Position numbers and translations under genes: made by a program. 64,000 nt of DNA from Lama glama (lineage: Eukaryota). The stretch is taken from the NCBI GenBank assembly GCA_028534125.1, contig CM052824.1, positions 42,718,001 to 42,782,000 on the forward strand, given 5' to 3'. The notes beneath the pieces are model-generated. The model ran no database searches. It was not told the origin of the DNA and saw only the letters and a program-made list of their open reading frames with translations. Shown piece after piece: positions 25,761 through 38,729 of the stretch. The first letter of the stretch is position 1. Each line of letters opens with the position of its first letter.

Positions 25761-28439
25761 CTGTCCTCCCAGGGCACAGGGAGTCCTCATGCAGCGCAGT
25801 AACAGATACAGTAGTAACAGACAAGTACCCCTCCCTCTGCTGCTCTTCGCGACACAGCCATCGCACAGCCCGGCCACCCCTGCTGCTTCCCGGATGAGAA
25901 AACTGCCCTTTTCCAACCTGCATCCTATTCTAATCCTTGGTGATTTTTGATAACCATGGAGGGGACCTGTCTGAGGCCCTGGACTCCCCTCCTCCCCACC
26001 TCACCTGTCCTCCCCCAAGGTCTGCACCAACCCCCCTCCACACTCACTCCAGTCTCCACCTCCTAAAACCCCGACTCCACCAATCCATCCTTCCCACCAG
26101 GACCAGCAGGCCCTGACTCTTCCTCCTTTTCCATCATCCTCACCCCGTCCCTGCCCCCATGCCCCTCCTCCCCAGGGGGAGCCCCTGAGCCATGGCTGCA
26201 ATCACTCCCTCACACATCCCTTAACTCCTCCCTCTCCCCTTCCCTTATTACCACCTGACAAAAGCCCGGCTGTCTGTCCCCTCCACGCCTGCACCTGGGC
26301 AGCTGAGCACACCTGGAGACATCCCCGCCGCACATCCATGGCCAGCAAGCACAGGTGAGCCTGCTGCTGCCCGGAGCCACAGAACCTCCATGGACCAGTC
26401 AGGCTCCTGCTTTGAAACAAGAACTTCTCATGCTGTATCCTCTTCCCCAGCATCTCATCACCCTTTTAATTTTCAGCCCATGTCATTGCTTTTTATATCA
26501 TGGAGAAAGTAGGAGCCCTCAGGGAGAATGTCCACATGCTCCCCACCAGTCTGCTCCAGTGTCCCATCCTCTGCCTCCCCTCCTGTTACACAGATGAATC
26601 TTCTCCACCTTGTCCACTTGGCAAACTCTTATTCACCCATCAAAACCCAGGTCAGAGATCTCCTTCTCTGCCATGTCCTTTCTGCGCTCTCCCAATCCCT
26701 GAAAATAATCCTTCTCTCTCTCCAGCTTTTGACCCACAGAACTGCCTCTACAGGGTCCATAATGGGAGACTATTTTCTTGTTCTTAAATGTGTTTCCCCA
26801 GCCTGTCCACACAGCTGAACTTTCTGGCAAGAGGCCAGCACATACCCTGGACAGGTCTGTGGGACCATGAGCACACTCGGAGGCGTGGTTGTTCCCCAGG
26901 GGTCACAGAAGTTGGGGTTTAGGGGAGACGTCAAGAGCACGTGCTCCAGCCACTCCCCCATGTTTGGGTGACTGAGTGGGACTCCTGTTTGTGTGTCTGT
27001 GTGGCCTCACTGCCAGGAGAGGCTGGCACTTGTCTCAGGACCCAGGAGACAGTGGGTGTCGTGGACCTGGGAGGGGGCATTCTCTCTACTTCTGTGTAGA
27101 ACCCTGTCACGCTCAGGAAGTGTGAGGACCCAGCCACTTGGCACAGACATGCCGACTGGGGCACAGTGGAGTCACCTGGAGTGGCTTCCCAAGGACAGAT
27201 CAGGGACTTCGGGAAGGAGAGCAGAGCGGCCTCCTCCCGGTGACAGCAGCTACGGAGTTAGTTTTGAGCTCCCAGATGGAGGTTTGCAAGAGACCGCACA
27301 CAGGTCCCTTGAAATCAGGAGGCACCAGAGCTGTCAAGACCAGGTCTGCCCGTTACATGCCACATTCCCATCCACAGTCCAGTGAGACGGGACAGCCAGA
27401 GGCTGTGGCCATCTCGCCAGGAGTCCTCTTTCCCCCGAGGTCCCCTACGCCAGCCCCTTGCTCTCCAGATGCCAGCGTCTGCCCCAGTTAGGCTGGTCAA
27501 CACAGAGTCAAGATCCCAAGTCCAGAAGAAAACCTGGCCCAGTGTGATCCTGAGGCCCTGGGTCTCCCCGCCTCGGCCGGAAGCGGTCCCACCCACGAAC
27601 CCAGAGCTATTCATTAGCGCCTCCAGTGGGCATCGCGGTGGTCGGGGGCACAGGGCCAGGGACTGTCCGTCCACAGAAACACGGCCACCCTCACTCTGCA
27701 GATTTGTACCCAGGACATGGAGGCTCACCAGCACGTTTTATTTTCTTTGAACAAATCAACTTTTCACCACAACATAAAGAGTAGAATGTGTTCAGATACC
27801 AGAGGTCTAGGAGCAAATAGCAATTCTCCAGGTTTTATTGGCCTCACCCTCGCTCACACATGCTGTCCTGCTAGGGACCCCCCGCCTGGCTGTGTTCTCA
27901 AAGCCCCATGTGTCCCTCCCCCTAGCTGAATGGCAGTATTCTCTTTTCTTGTTTTGTCTCTTCCTCCCTCTCTCCTCCTTCTCTCCCCCTCCCACCCCCC
28001 CCATCCTCCCTTGCTGGTTATAATCTCTGAGAACAGGAAAACACAAATTCAGAACGCCATTGTCTTTTATTAATCAGGATTTATCTCCTTTATTGAAATG
28101 CTCTGAGGTGGAGTTTGCAAAAAAGACAATGACGGTGCCAGTCATAATTAACATAACATCTTTCTCCCTGGAAAACAGGGGTTTTTCCAGGCTGTGAATT
28201 TCTTTCCAAAGAGTGGGAGATGATGGGAGGCCAGCCCAGGGACTAGCAGATACCTCACCAAGCACAGCAGGAATTCAGAGAGAAGCAGGGTTACCAAGCT
28301 GAGAAATCAGGGGGTGAGCCTTGAGGAAGAATCAGGGAGACCCCACAATGGGGTCTGGAGCCAGTCTGCCCCTCCCGCCACTAGCAGGACAACTGGGTGC
28401 TCTGGGCCTCCGAGGGAGGGCCAGAAGGATCTGCCCAGT

Positions 28440-28850
28440 GGTGGGACAGGTGCCCTTGACAGGGGGTGAGCTCCCTGTCCCCACAGAAGTCTAAGCTAAT
28501 ACTCACAGGACGGTGAAGAGAGGGCCTCCTGCATCACCAGCGGGAGCTGGACTGAGGTCTCCTCCTGTGCTAAGATTCTCGGTCCAGAATGTCTGTTTCA
28601 GCTTCACATGCCTCTGCATCATTCTGCTCTTTCTGAGAGGCAGGCACGCTGTGAATATGTTTGCTAGTCTCTCTGAACAAATCTTTAATTTGAAGATACT
28701 TGGGGCCTGGGGTTCTATGAATACATCTGTGATCCTATAATTCTAGGATTTCGTGAAAAGCATAAGACTCTCGGATTCTGTGATTCAAAGACTCCACTAG
28801 GGCAGCTCTGAGTCTATGAAAGATGCTCTGATTCCAAGATCCTGTGTGTC
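28440..28850 (+). mobile_element. L3/CR1-type 3' end with degenerate (ATTCTRTG)n tail
   Basis: gggggtgagctccctgtcccc...ggactgaggtctcc...aagattct, then repeated gattctgtg/ttctatga/gagtctatga units at about 28710-28850. Confidence 0.5.
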
Positions 28851-31339
28851 ACAGATGTCACGAAAGGGACTAAAAAATCTGAAAATCCTTCACTGGGAGG
28901 GAAGGACCTTCTAAGACCCTCCCCTCTCACGTTTCAGCATCTGCAGGGGGGACACGGGGTCAGTGACCTGCAGGCTCCTCTCAGCACTAACACGTGGGGA
29001 CCCTGGGAGTCCCCGACTCCACATTCCACCCCTCTCCCTACCTGCCAACACCTGGCCCACCCCAGCCGCACACATTACTCCCCTGGGATAGGTATTAATT
29101 ACAAGGAGGATGGCGGGTGCAGCCTTGGACACCAGTGGAAATTTTCTGGTGTGAATCACTCAGAAAACAAAGCGAGAGGGAGCGAGAAGCAGGAGCCCAC
29201 TTTCCTTTCAGCACTGTCTGTGTTCCCTGATGCTCTCGCCCTGCTGCACGGAGCCCTTCTCCAATGTTCTCTCTGTGATCTGGGCACTCTCAGTGGGCTC
29301 TGAGCTCCGGCTGACCTGCTGGGTTCACTGTGGTTTCTCTGGAAAGGAATTCGATCCTGGGGACAGAGAAATGGGAGACGAGGCAGGGAGGGACTGGAAT
29401 TCCAGAGGAGGTGTCCCAAGACATCCCAGGGCGGCCCCCACCCACCCACCCCGACCTCAGCAGGAAGATGGGGTCCCAGGCACCTGTGGCAGACAGGGAA
29501 CCCGGAGCCCAGAGCCTGGCAGACGTGGCCGTGGAGGAGAGGAACAGGGGTGCTTGGGGCTAATTCCTCCCCAGCCTGGGTGCAGAGCCCTGCCTGTGAG
29601 GGAGAGGGAGTCACTTGGGGCCAGGCACCCACTATCCTGCTTCCTGTGGCCTTGGGCCCCATCGGCAAGAGCATCTCTGGTCAGATGTGAACAGAGGGGA
29701 GCCCGCACTTATCCCCGGCCGAGGCAGGACAGGCCTTTGGCTCAAGGACACCAGGCTGCCTCCCTGTAGGAAGATGCTGTGAGGCCAGAGCCATCAGGGA
29801 CAGATCAGAATGCACAGCCTCGTTACTGCTCTGGCCGGTTTTCCACCTCCCTTCTCTGGGGCTGAGGTGGCCGCTGTAGTAACGGGACAGATGCAGGCCG
29901 CTCCCGGACAGGCTGAGGGGAGAGAAACCAGGCCCCAGGGGGCTGAGGGCGGGGCTGGCCTGGGGGAGAAGGTGGTGGAGGGGAGGGATGGAGGTGGTTT
30001 GTGTTCGGAGCCCGCGTTCCTCACCAGGTCCTGTGATGGGCACTTCACACACTCTGTCTTATGCGATCCTCACCGTGTTGAACAGTGGAGCTGCAGCTTC
30101 TGTCTGGAAGCCTCCTGGCCCCTCACCCTGTGCTGGGCACTTACACGCGGTCTCATTTCCACCTCCACGCCCCAGAGAAGTGGGATTTTTTTTCTCCCCA
30201 TTTCCTAGATGAGCAAACTGAGACCCAGAGGGGCAGTCACACAGCACATCGGGGTCACACAGGGACCTGCCTAGCTCTTGAGCTTTGGAGTCTGGATTCT
30301 GGAGGGTGCTTCTCGGGGAGAGCCGGTGGGAAGGCCCTGAGCAGCTCCCCTCACCTCCTGTATTAATTGTATTTGCATCTGGAACAGATAGGGTGGTCGG
30401 TCTTTTTTCCCCGTTTTTCAAAGAACGCTGGTCCGGGAGATAACCACGTAATTAAATGAGGAGAAAAGCAAAGCGATCCTCCTAGACGGACCTCACCATC
30501 TTCCATTCCTTGTAAATCTATTAATGGACTGTAATTGCAAAGATTAAACCCTTCCTGAAACCTGGTAACCAGTTCATCATGCGGCAAAAAGACTCCCAAC
30601 GTCGTCCAAGAGCTCAAGAGGGAAAGAAAATCATGTTAATTAGCTCAGCTCGGTTTCTCTACACAAAAATAAAAGAACTGTATATTGGTTGCATAGCAAT
30701 GTGACATTTGCCAATAGACTCTGGCTGCCCTGGGGAGATGCTGGTTTTCCTTCTTCCTGGGGCTTGTTTATAACCTTCTGTTAATCAAACTGAAAGCTGA
30801 AAGAGATTTGGTAGTTGGGTCTCCTAAGGACTGGGAGCAGATGTGGGGAGAATGGAGATGAGTGAATGGCAGGGGTTGGGACAGGAGAGGGATCTTGAGA
30901 TGCTGCCTGCTCCCTTCCTCCAGGCCTGAAAGGGTAGAACTAATCCCCTCAGGCAGGGAGGAACGTGGGAGGGGGGAGCTGCGTGGAGGTGAGGGGTGGG
31001 GTCTCCAAGTGCGCTGGTAGCAGCCAACACTCATCACAGGTGGAGGACTGACCCGGGGAAGGACATCTTTGCCCTTCCCTCACCAACTCTGATCCCACCC
31101 ATCAGCGACACACACAGTGCTCCGCCCACTCCAGTATCATTTTCCTTGGGAGCCACAGCTCAGCCTTCTCACTTCTCAGTGTTCAAGGAATCGCTGCCCT
31201 ACCCAGATTCAGGAGTGAGCGGAGCCCCAGACCTGCATCTCCAGGCACAAGGATGGGTTCAGAGATGGGTGGGTTCAGAGACGGGTGGAGTCAGAGATGC
31301 TGATTCTCCTGCAAGCTATTTAAGAGAGAGTGTGTCCAT

Positions 31340-31880
31340 TTGAGTGGTTTCCAATTTTTGGCTAATGCAAATAAAACTTCCACACACATCCTTGTAATAG
31401 AGTTTTGAGGACATATGTTTTCACTTCTCTAGGGAAAATAGCCAGAGGGGGAACACTAAGTCATAGATTAGTGTGTTTAACTTTATAAGAAGCTGTTAAA
31501 TTGTTTTCCAAAGCCATGGAACCAGCCCACAATCCCACCAGCAGGGAGCAAGAGTTCCAGAGTCCCCACCCTCCCCAACCCTTAGTCTTATGAATTTTAG
31601 GCATTTCAATGGGAGTAAAGTATTGTTGTGGTTTTATTCTGCATTTCTCTGATAACCAGTAACACTGTCCATCCTTTCCTGTGCTTATTGGCCATAGTAA
31701 ATCTACTGTGAAGTGCCCCTTGGAGGACTTTGACCATTTTTATTGTACTTTTCATAGGGAAGTCTTGTACATTTTTTTGGTTGAATTTCATTAAATGTAT
31801 TTTTAGGTTGTGCTATCATATCATAGTGAATACCATTTTTCTTTCACTTGCCAGTTTTTACTTGCTAGTATGTAGAAATA
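31340..31880 (-). mobile_element. Old L1M fragment
   Basis: ttgttttccaaagc...cccaccagcagggagcaagagttcc...gttttattctgcatttctctgataacc; minus-strand ORF reads MANKHRKGWTVLLVIREMQNKTT (L1 ORF2 C-terminus-like). Confidence 0.8.
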
Positions 31881-34800
31881 TGAGTGATGTATATACAGCA
31901 AATATACACGTCCCATTTGGCACCCAAACCTACAGTAAACGAGCACTTAATTTGAGCTCCCTGAGTCTACTTACGTTTGATGGTACAGAAGACAGCAGAG
32001 ATGGAGGGAGAAGGAAGCTTTCCTCCTCTGCAAATGAGGGCAATGCTAATAGTTTACATTATATAGCACTTCGTATATGTCAGGCGCTATATTTAATGTG
32101 TGTGTGTGTAAACATATATACACCTGCATATTCACTCATTTAATCCTTAGATACACCCCATAAGGTGGGTGCTGTCATTACTCAGTCCATTTTACAAGAG
32201 GAAACTGAGGCCCAGAGAGCTTATGTAACTCCGTAAAGATCAGTAAATGCAGAGCCAGATTGAAATCCTGGCCTCCTAGCCTGTGCTTCCAGCCCTGACG
32301 CTGTCCTGTCTCCAGTATGTCCTTGCAGATGACCTTGAAGGTTAACTGATATATGCCTGTAAAGGCTGAGTACATTCTTGGCATATAGTCAGTGTTCAAT
32401 ACTTGCTGGCTTAGGATCGGGCGCCACCCTGTATTCTTAAGAAACAGCAGTGACTGAGCCAGACATAGAGCCCTAAGGGGCTTCCAGTCCCATGGAGAGA
32501 ACAGAGGAGTGAATGTTCACAGCACAGAGGAGAGCTGGACTAGAGAAACTTAAGGACTGTAGGAATCCAAGGAGGGGCAGGGAATAGAGGTGGAAACAGC
32601 ATGTGCAAAGGCCTGGTGGTGAGGAGGCTGGCCTGGCCCCAGGTCCAGGGATGAGCAGGGGGATCCACTGTAGCAGGAGCTAAGTACGGAAGCAGAGAGG
32701 ATTCACATGGTAATTTGGGGAAGTTCCAGGACCAGACTGAGGAAGACAAGCTTGGCATCGGGGGAAGGACAGTGCAAAGCATGCAGGATCAGGGCTGGGC
32801 TCAGGGTTAGCTCCCCACTCTGGCACTCCATGAGCATGGGGGCTTCCACAGTGACAGGTGCGGGGATGTGGGGGAGAGCCCCCTCCACTCTCTTCCCAAG
32901 CCCCCTACTCTGGGGGTGATGCTGTAGACAGACCCTGGATCCGTCAGGCTAAGGGGGTGTCAGGCGCCCCCACCTTCCCCGGGCCATCCCCTTCCTGTCT
33001 CCTACCCCGCCCTCTGAGGCTGTTCCAGCACATTAAATGATGACGCTGCCTCATTTTGGAAGCTTCCAGCTCATTAACCAGTGAGGAGGGGATGAGTTAG
33101 GGATGAGTCCCAGGAGAGAGCCCTTGCCCGAGAGCCCTCCCCTGAGCTTCCAGCGGGGAAGGGCAGGGAATGGATGTTCAGTGAGCAGCTCTGAGACCCC
33201 CATCCATGCCTTCAGGAGGCCCGACAGATCTGCGTCCTACTCACCGGAAAGGGAAGCGCCACACGAGGCCTCCCTCACTGGGTCCCTTCAGCCCTTCTAG
33301 GCAGGACCGTGACATGCTGGCTCTAAGACGGCAGACTCTGGGCCTGCTTGGGAACCGGGTTGTGGGAGCAAAGCCCAGGCCCTCGCGGGGTTCCCCTGCT
33401 GGCCACACGTGCCCCCTGTCAAGGGCCCCTTCTCCCAGGCGGCCAGCAGGGCCCACCAATGCCTCCCTGGGGATGGACATAGAAGCGGCCTGGGCAGGAG
33501 CCTGGAGCAGGCCTGTGGAGGGGAACCCACTGTGGCGGGACCACAGGGTGATGGCGGCCAGATGCTGGCTCTGGGCTCTGTGTCTCTAACCTCCCGTTTC
33601 CTTTAGAGGGAGAGAGGGGTTGAGAGATCATGAAATCTGAGTAGGGGTTGGGGAGGGGGCATTATCCCTGGCCCCAGGCTGAGAATGTGTTCCATGTGCC
33701 TGGTCCCCCAGGCAGACACTGAATAGGTGCACAAGTCAGCCTCCTCCCTACCTCCCAGGAGGTAAAGACGTGAAACTAAGGGTAAGATGGCCTCTCGTTC
33801 CCCGACCCCCTGGATGCTGGGGAGGGCTGGACGGGTAGGGAGGAGAGGGAAGCTGTTCCTGGCGGGCGGACAGGATACGCAAAGGCTCAGATGTGGGAGT
33901 TCAGATGGCACAGTAAGGGGCTGGTGAGGAGACAGGCCTGGGTGAGACAGGACACGTGCTGAGGACAAGGGACGGAAGTCTGTGTGCACAGGGAGAGCAG
34001 CCTGTTGTGTAGGACTCGGAAGGCTGAGGACTCATGTCCTAACAGGCAGATTGGGTGGCTGCTGTCACCTCTGTCTCTTCGTCCCTCTTTGTCCTCTCCA
34101 CCCTCCTGCAAGGACGGCACGCAGACCCTGAAGACTGGCAGGTGTCCCGTGCTCAGAGGAGATGAGGCTGATCCGGCGCATCTGGGTAGGGAGGGATAAG
34201 AGTGTTTTTCGTCCTCATGCTCCTTCTGTGACCATCACTGCCATCATCTACAAGGGGTAAGTGAGGCTGGTGCCCAGGCCCACCTCCAGGTGGCTGTAGA
34301 GGCCTGGTGGGCATAGAGACACAGTGGCTGGGGACAAGACGGCCATCTTCCTGGCGGGTGGGTGGGTGGGTAGGTGTGTTGAGGGATGGGGTCCTGCTGG
34401 CTCCTCCTCTGAGGGTCAGTTCCAGCCTGGACGGGGGAGGGGGGGGCTGTGGGTGAAGCCTGTCGGGGGAAGACAGGACTCTGCAAGCGGAGTGGCCTGG
34501 CTGGAGCCCAGGTCTGGTGACTGCCGGGAACCAGTGTCCAGGGAAGGGCGTTCAGTGGTGGGGCTACTCCGGTTTGGAAAGGTGTTTACAAGGCATGCTT
34601 TCCCTAGTGCCCTTTACAGCGAGCTGCATGAATCCCAGTACATCTTGGAACCCAGAACTTAGAGGCATAGATTTCTGGAGCTTCATAAACCCAGGATTTG
34701 GGATTCTGAGACTCTCAGAAAATAGAATTATAAAGGCTCAGATCCCAGAAAGTGAGCGCTCCCAGGTAGTTCAGGGCATCTAGTCTAGCAAATTATCTTC

Positions 34801-37800
34801 AAAATGTGGGAGGAGAATTATTTTAAACCATTACCTTGGAGCGCAAACTTGGAGCAGCTAAAGGCTGAGCCTCTGGCTTCTGAGACCCCTCTGCTCCTCC
34901 CCTCATCTCACTTCCCACCAGGCATCCCCAGGACACTGTGGTCCAAGCCCCTTATTTGAGGGATGGAGATGCTGAGGCCCAGAGGGGGTTGGACCTGCCC
35001 AGGGCCACCTGGGGAGCCAGAGGCAGAGCCTGCTCCACCTGCTCCCCACCTGGGCTCTGGCTTCTGTAGCCCTGGCTGCTGCCAGGCTGGGCACACGTGG
35101 GCGGGTTGGCTCTGGGTCTCTGGGCTGCCAGGAGCAGATAAGCAGGATCCAGGAGAAAGACAAAGAACTAACCGTGCCTGAGGCCAGGCACAGGCAGCAG
35201 AGATCCTGGGAGCGGCGGGGGGAGGGGCCTGTCCCGGGCACTAGGCATTTCCCTGCCCTTCTCCCCAGACAGCTTCTCAAAATGAAATATTTAAAACCAT
35301 AATTTGTTGAGTAATTGCTCTGTGCTGGGAGCTCTGCACATATCACCCTTTAGAACAGCAGTTATTGAGCACCTGCTGTGTGCCAGGCGCTCAGGATCCA
35401 TCAGAGAACTTTCCCATCTCAGATCCTGCCCCATGAAGCAGGTCTGAGTCCCTTTTCACAGATGAGGAAACTATAACTAAGCGACTTACCCATGTCACTC
35501 GGCTGATGAGTGGCTGGGCCTGGCTGAACCCAGGCCCGACTGCAAAGCCCGTCCTCCTCACAGCCCAGCACATGAAGGGCCTCCCCACAGCAGGTGCACA
35601 GTAGGTGCTTCTAAGCAGCAAGGCTCTGTTCTCCCAACAGGGGACCTGCCTGCAGGGGTCCTGGGAGTTGACGCTCAAGGCAGTGGTGGTGGGGGGTTGC
35701 AGATAGAGAGGGCTGTAAGGGAGGGTGCAGATGTTGGAGGGTTGCAGGTGTTACCTGGTAATACTTAGCATCTACCCTCAAGGAGGCAGAATTGGCAAAG
35801 TGGAGGCAGGGGTAGAGGGAGGCTGCCATCCAACCTAGCAAAGAGTGCTGGTGTTCAGTCCTTCCCACAGAACCCTCACAACAACAACCCTAAGGAGAGG
35901 CACGGTGATCACCCCATTTTACTGATGAGGACACTGAGGCTCAGGGAGATGAAGGAACTTGTCAGGGGTCACGGGACCTGCAGAGCTGGGGTTACAGCCC
36001 AGGCCCCCATCTGACTCCACAACCTGCTGACGCTGCTCTATGTTCTGCCTGGTGTTCTCTGCCTCTGCAAACCTTCCAGAACATTCCCCTGCCCCTGTGC
36101 TTGTTCCCTCCTTGCATAGCAGGCTCAGGTGGCCCCAGGCCAGCCCAGGGGACAGTGGTCTCTCACCTCCTCCCCGGGCCTTAGACTTGCATCGATGTCA
36201 CCCACAGTCACACTGGCTTTTCCAGCAACCACACCCTCGTCAACTCACGTGGAGCCTCCAGCTCGGCTTTTACAGGAAATGCTGACAAGGCAGCTCTCCC
36301 TCCCCCTCGACTTCTCAGTTAATTTCAAACCTAAATGCAGAACTTTTTAGAGCGTCCTTATTACACCACATCTGCTTGATCTCACCCCGAGGTCAGGTGG
36401 AGGCCTCCGTGCGAGTGTCCCTCCTGGTCCTGTCCTTGTGGATCTGGGCGGTGGTGTTTGTGGTTCTTCTTCCAAGTAGACAGGAGGCTGGGCGGGAGCA
36501 GAGCCCTGTGGCAAACCGCTGGAGACCTCCTTCTCGGCCACTGTCCATTTGTGGCACCACTGTTCAGTCATCCTGACTAGCCCGTCCTCTGTCTGTCTCC
36601 CTGAGGCTTGCTGGTGTCTGACCTGTCCCTCCCCCCAACCGCCCATCCCCTCCCCGTCTCTCTCCCTCTCCTTGTCATTGTTCCTTTGGTGTCTCCTCCT
36701 CCACCCCTGCCTCCTTCTCTGTATCCTCCTAATTCCCTTGCCTCCTCTCTTCTCCCTCCTCACCTCCCTCCCTGCTCCACCTTCTCTCTTATGTTCATGG
36801 TCAAGGTCACAGCCACAGAGGCTTCTTCTCACCTTCCCCAGAAGGGTCTCTGGCCACAGTGAGGGTGATGCCCCCAGCCTGTGGGTGCGGCTGGGGGTAG
36901 GAGGCCTGGGCTTGCTGAGCCGTTTCTCGTGCAGACTGGGAAGGCCTTGCCCACCTCCGTGCACAGCAGCCTGGTCCCCATTGTGGACACAGAGCCATCG
37001 TCTTAACACAGGAAAGACATCATGGTCCTGGCAGGAGGGGCAGCCAGAGGGCATCCTGTGCCCCACTCCTCGACCCCGGCCCCAGGCAGCTCTTGAGGCA
37101 GGACAGGACGAGTGGAGGTTGTCTGGGAGGATCCCTTCACTGGCCGCTTCATCTCCACAGACGATCAGTGTCCCTGAGCCCACCTAATCTGGAAGTCCTC
37201 CCCCAGGTCTGCCCTAAGTCCTGCATGCTGTAGGGCAGAACAGGTGAACAGCTTGCTCATCTCAAGCCTTCCCTTGATCAGCCCCAGCTCTTCTCCATTC
37301 AGCGCAGATCCCAGTCATCTCCCCTTTGCCTGTTGCTCAGCCTCTCAGCCATGGAGCTGTGGCCCTTCCTCCCCAGCCCCTGTTCTCCTACCCACTTTCC
37401 TCCGAGATCCCTGGGGTCACAAATTGCCATCCTTATCTATAAAGACGGGCTGGAGGCCTGGGTGGTGTGGGGCCCTTGCCAAGGGTCCTCTCCAGAAGCT
37501 CTGCTCTCTTAGGGAGGGACCGGGGCATCTTCTCTTCTCCCTCCGCTGCTTCTGGTGTCAGACGTACTGGTGGGAGTGGACATGAGGTGGGCCCTGTGTG
37601 GGTTTCTGTTCCAGGTACCTTTGTGCCTGGTGATGGGACCAGGCCTGGTGACCTCTGGGGGGAAGTGGGCATGGGGCTGAGCAAGGTGGGAGCTCAGCCC
37701 CTGGCTGTGGCCAGACCCCTGGTCACCAGGGAAGAGTGAGGCTGGCCTCATGCAGCCCATCCCCACGGCTGGAGAAAAATAATTCAGATTATAAGTCTCT

Positions 37801-38219
37801 GGAGCAGACACGGAGAAAGGAGGAGGGAGACGGGGATATTTTGGGGCTGGAGCTGGGCAGCCAGATTCCTCATTTGGAGTGAAGTGGGGGTGACTATCTG
37901 CTATGACACCAAAACAAAACCAGGGTGAACTTTGTCCCCGTTTCCTGGGTGGGGTCCCAGCCCAAAGTTACTGCTGCTCCATCCCTTGCCCACAGGAAAG
38001 GTCCCTGAGGCAGGGACCCCGCCCAGTCCTGCCTGGGGTGGCAGCGGCTCCCTGGGTCTGGTGAGCGAACGATGGAGGCAGAGTCCCCTCAGCATCCAGA
38101 GCTGCTTCTAGACTGGCTCCCGGCCTCAAGGCCCCCTGACTGCCCGGACTCCCCATCTACATCTGGGTGCTGTCCTGCCACACTTAGCACCCACATCTCC
38201 CATCAACCTTCCTCTGCAG

Positions 38220-38377
38220 GAAGCCAGTGAACATGACCAAGGCCACGGTCCTCTACCGCCAGGAGAAGACCCACATGATGAGCACCATGGACCGCAGCTT
38301 CACAGACCAGAGCACCCTGCAGGAGAACGAGCGGCTGGGCCTCTCCTTCATGGATGCCCACAGCTGCAACCCCCGGG
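38220..38377 (+). pseudogene. PTPRU: Isolated exon homologous to the PTPRU juxtamembrane exon (probable duplicated gene fragment)
   Basis: Translates to [52 protein letters not shown](G), matching recalled human [58 protein letters not shown]; acceptor ccttcctctgcAG (38218-38219), donor GTgagt (38378); 158 bp, phase 2 to phase 1; no other PTPRU exon seen. Confidence 0.85.
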
Positions 38378-38729
38378 GTGAGTGCCTGCCCCTTCCCTGT
38401 GGCCCCCAGGCACTCCTCCCCCAGAGCCAACGGCACAGTGCCCCGCATCAGATGGTTCTGTAACATCCAGAACCAGAAGTGCTAAGCATCCTGCTGGGTA
38501 CCAGCACTGGCCCTGGGAATACAGAGAAGGCACAGCTGGTGAGCTGTACTGTGCACTGGAGGAGCCTGCAAGGGGTTGTACAAAGGTAAGGGAAACACAA
38601 GATCAAATGTAACAACTGTCAAAGAGGAGCTGCAAGGTGACGCTGTCTGAACAGAGGAGATCAGAGCAGGCTCACCGTTTACTGAGGACCTGCTGTGTGA
38701 GAGGCGGGGGATCCAGGGGCTGAGAGGGA

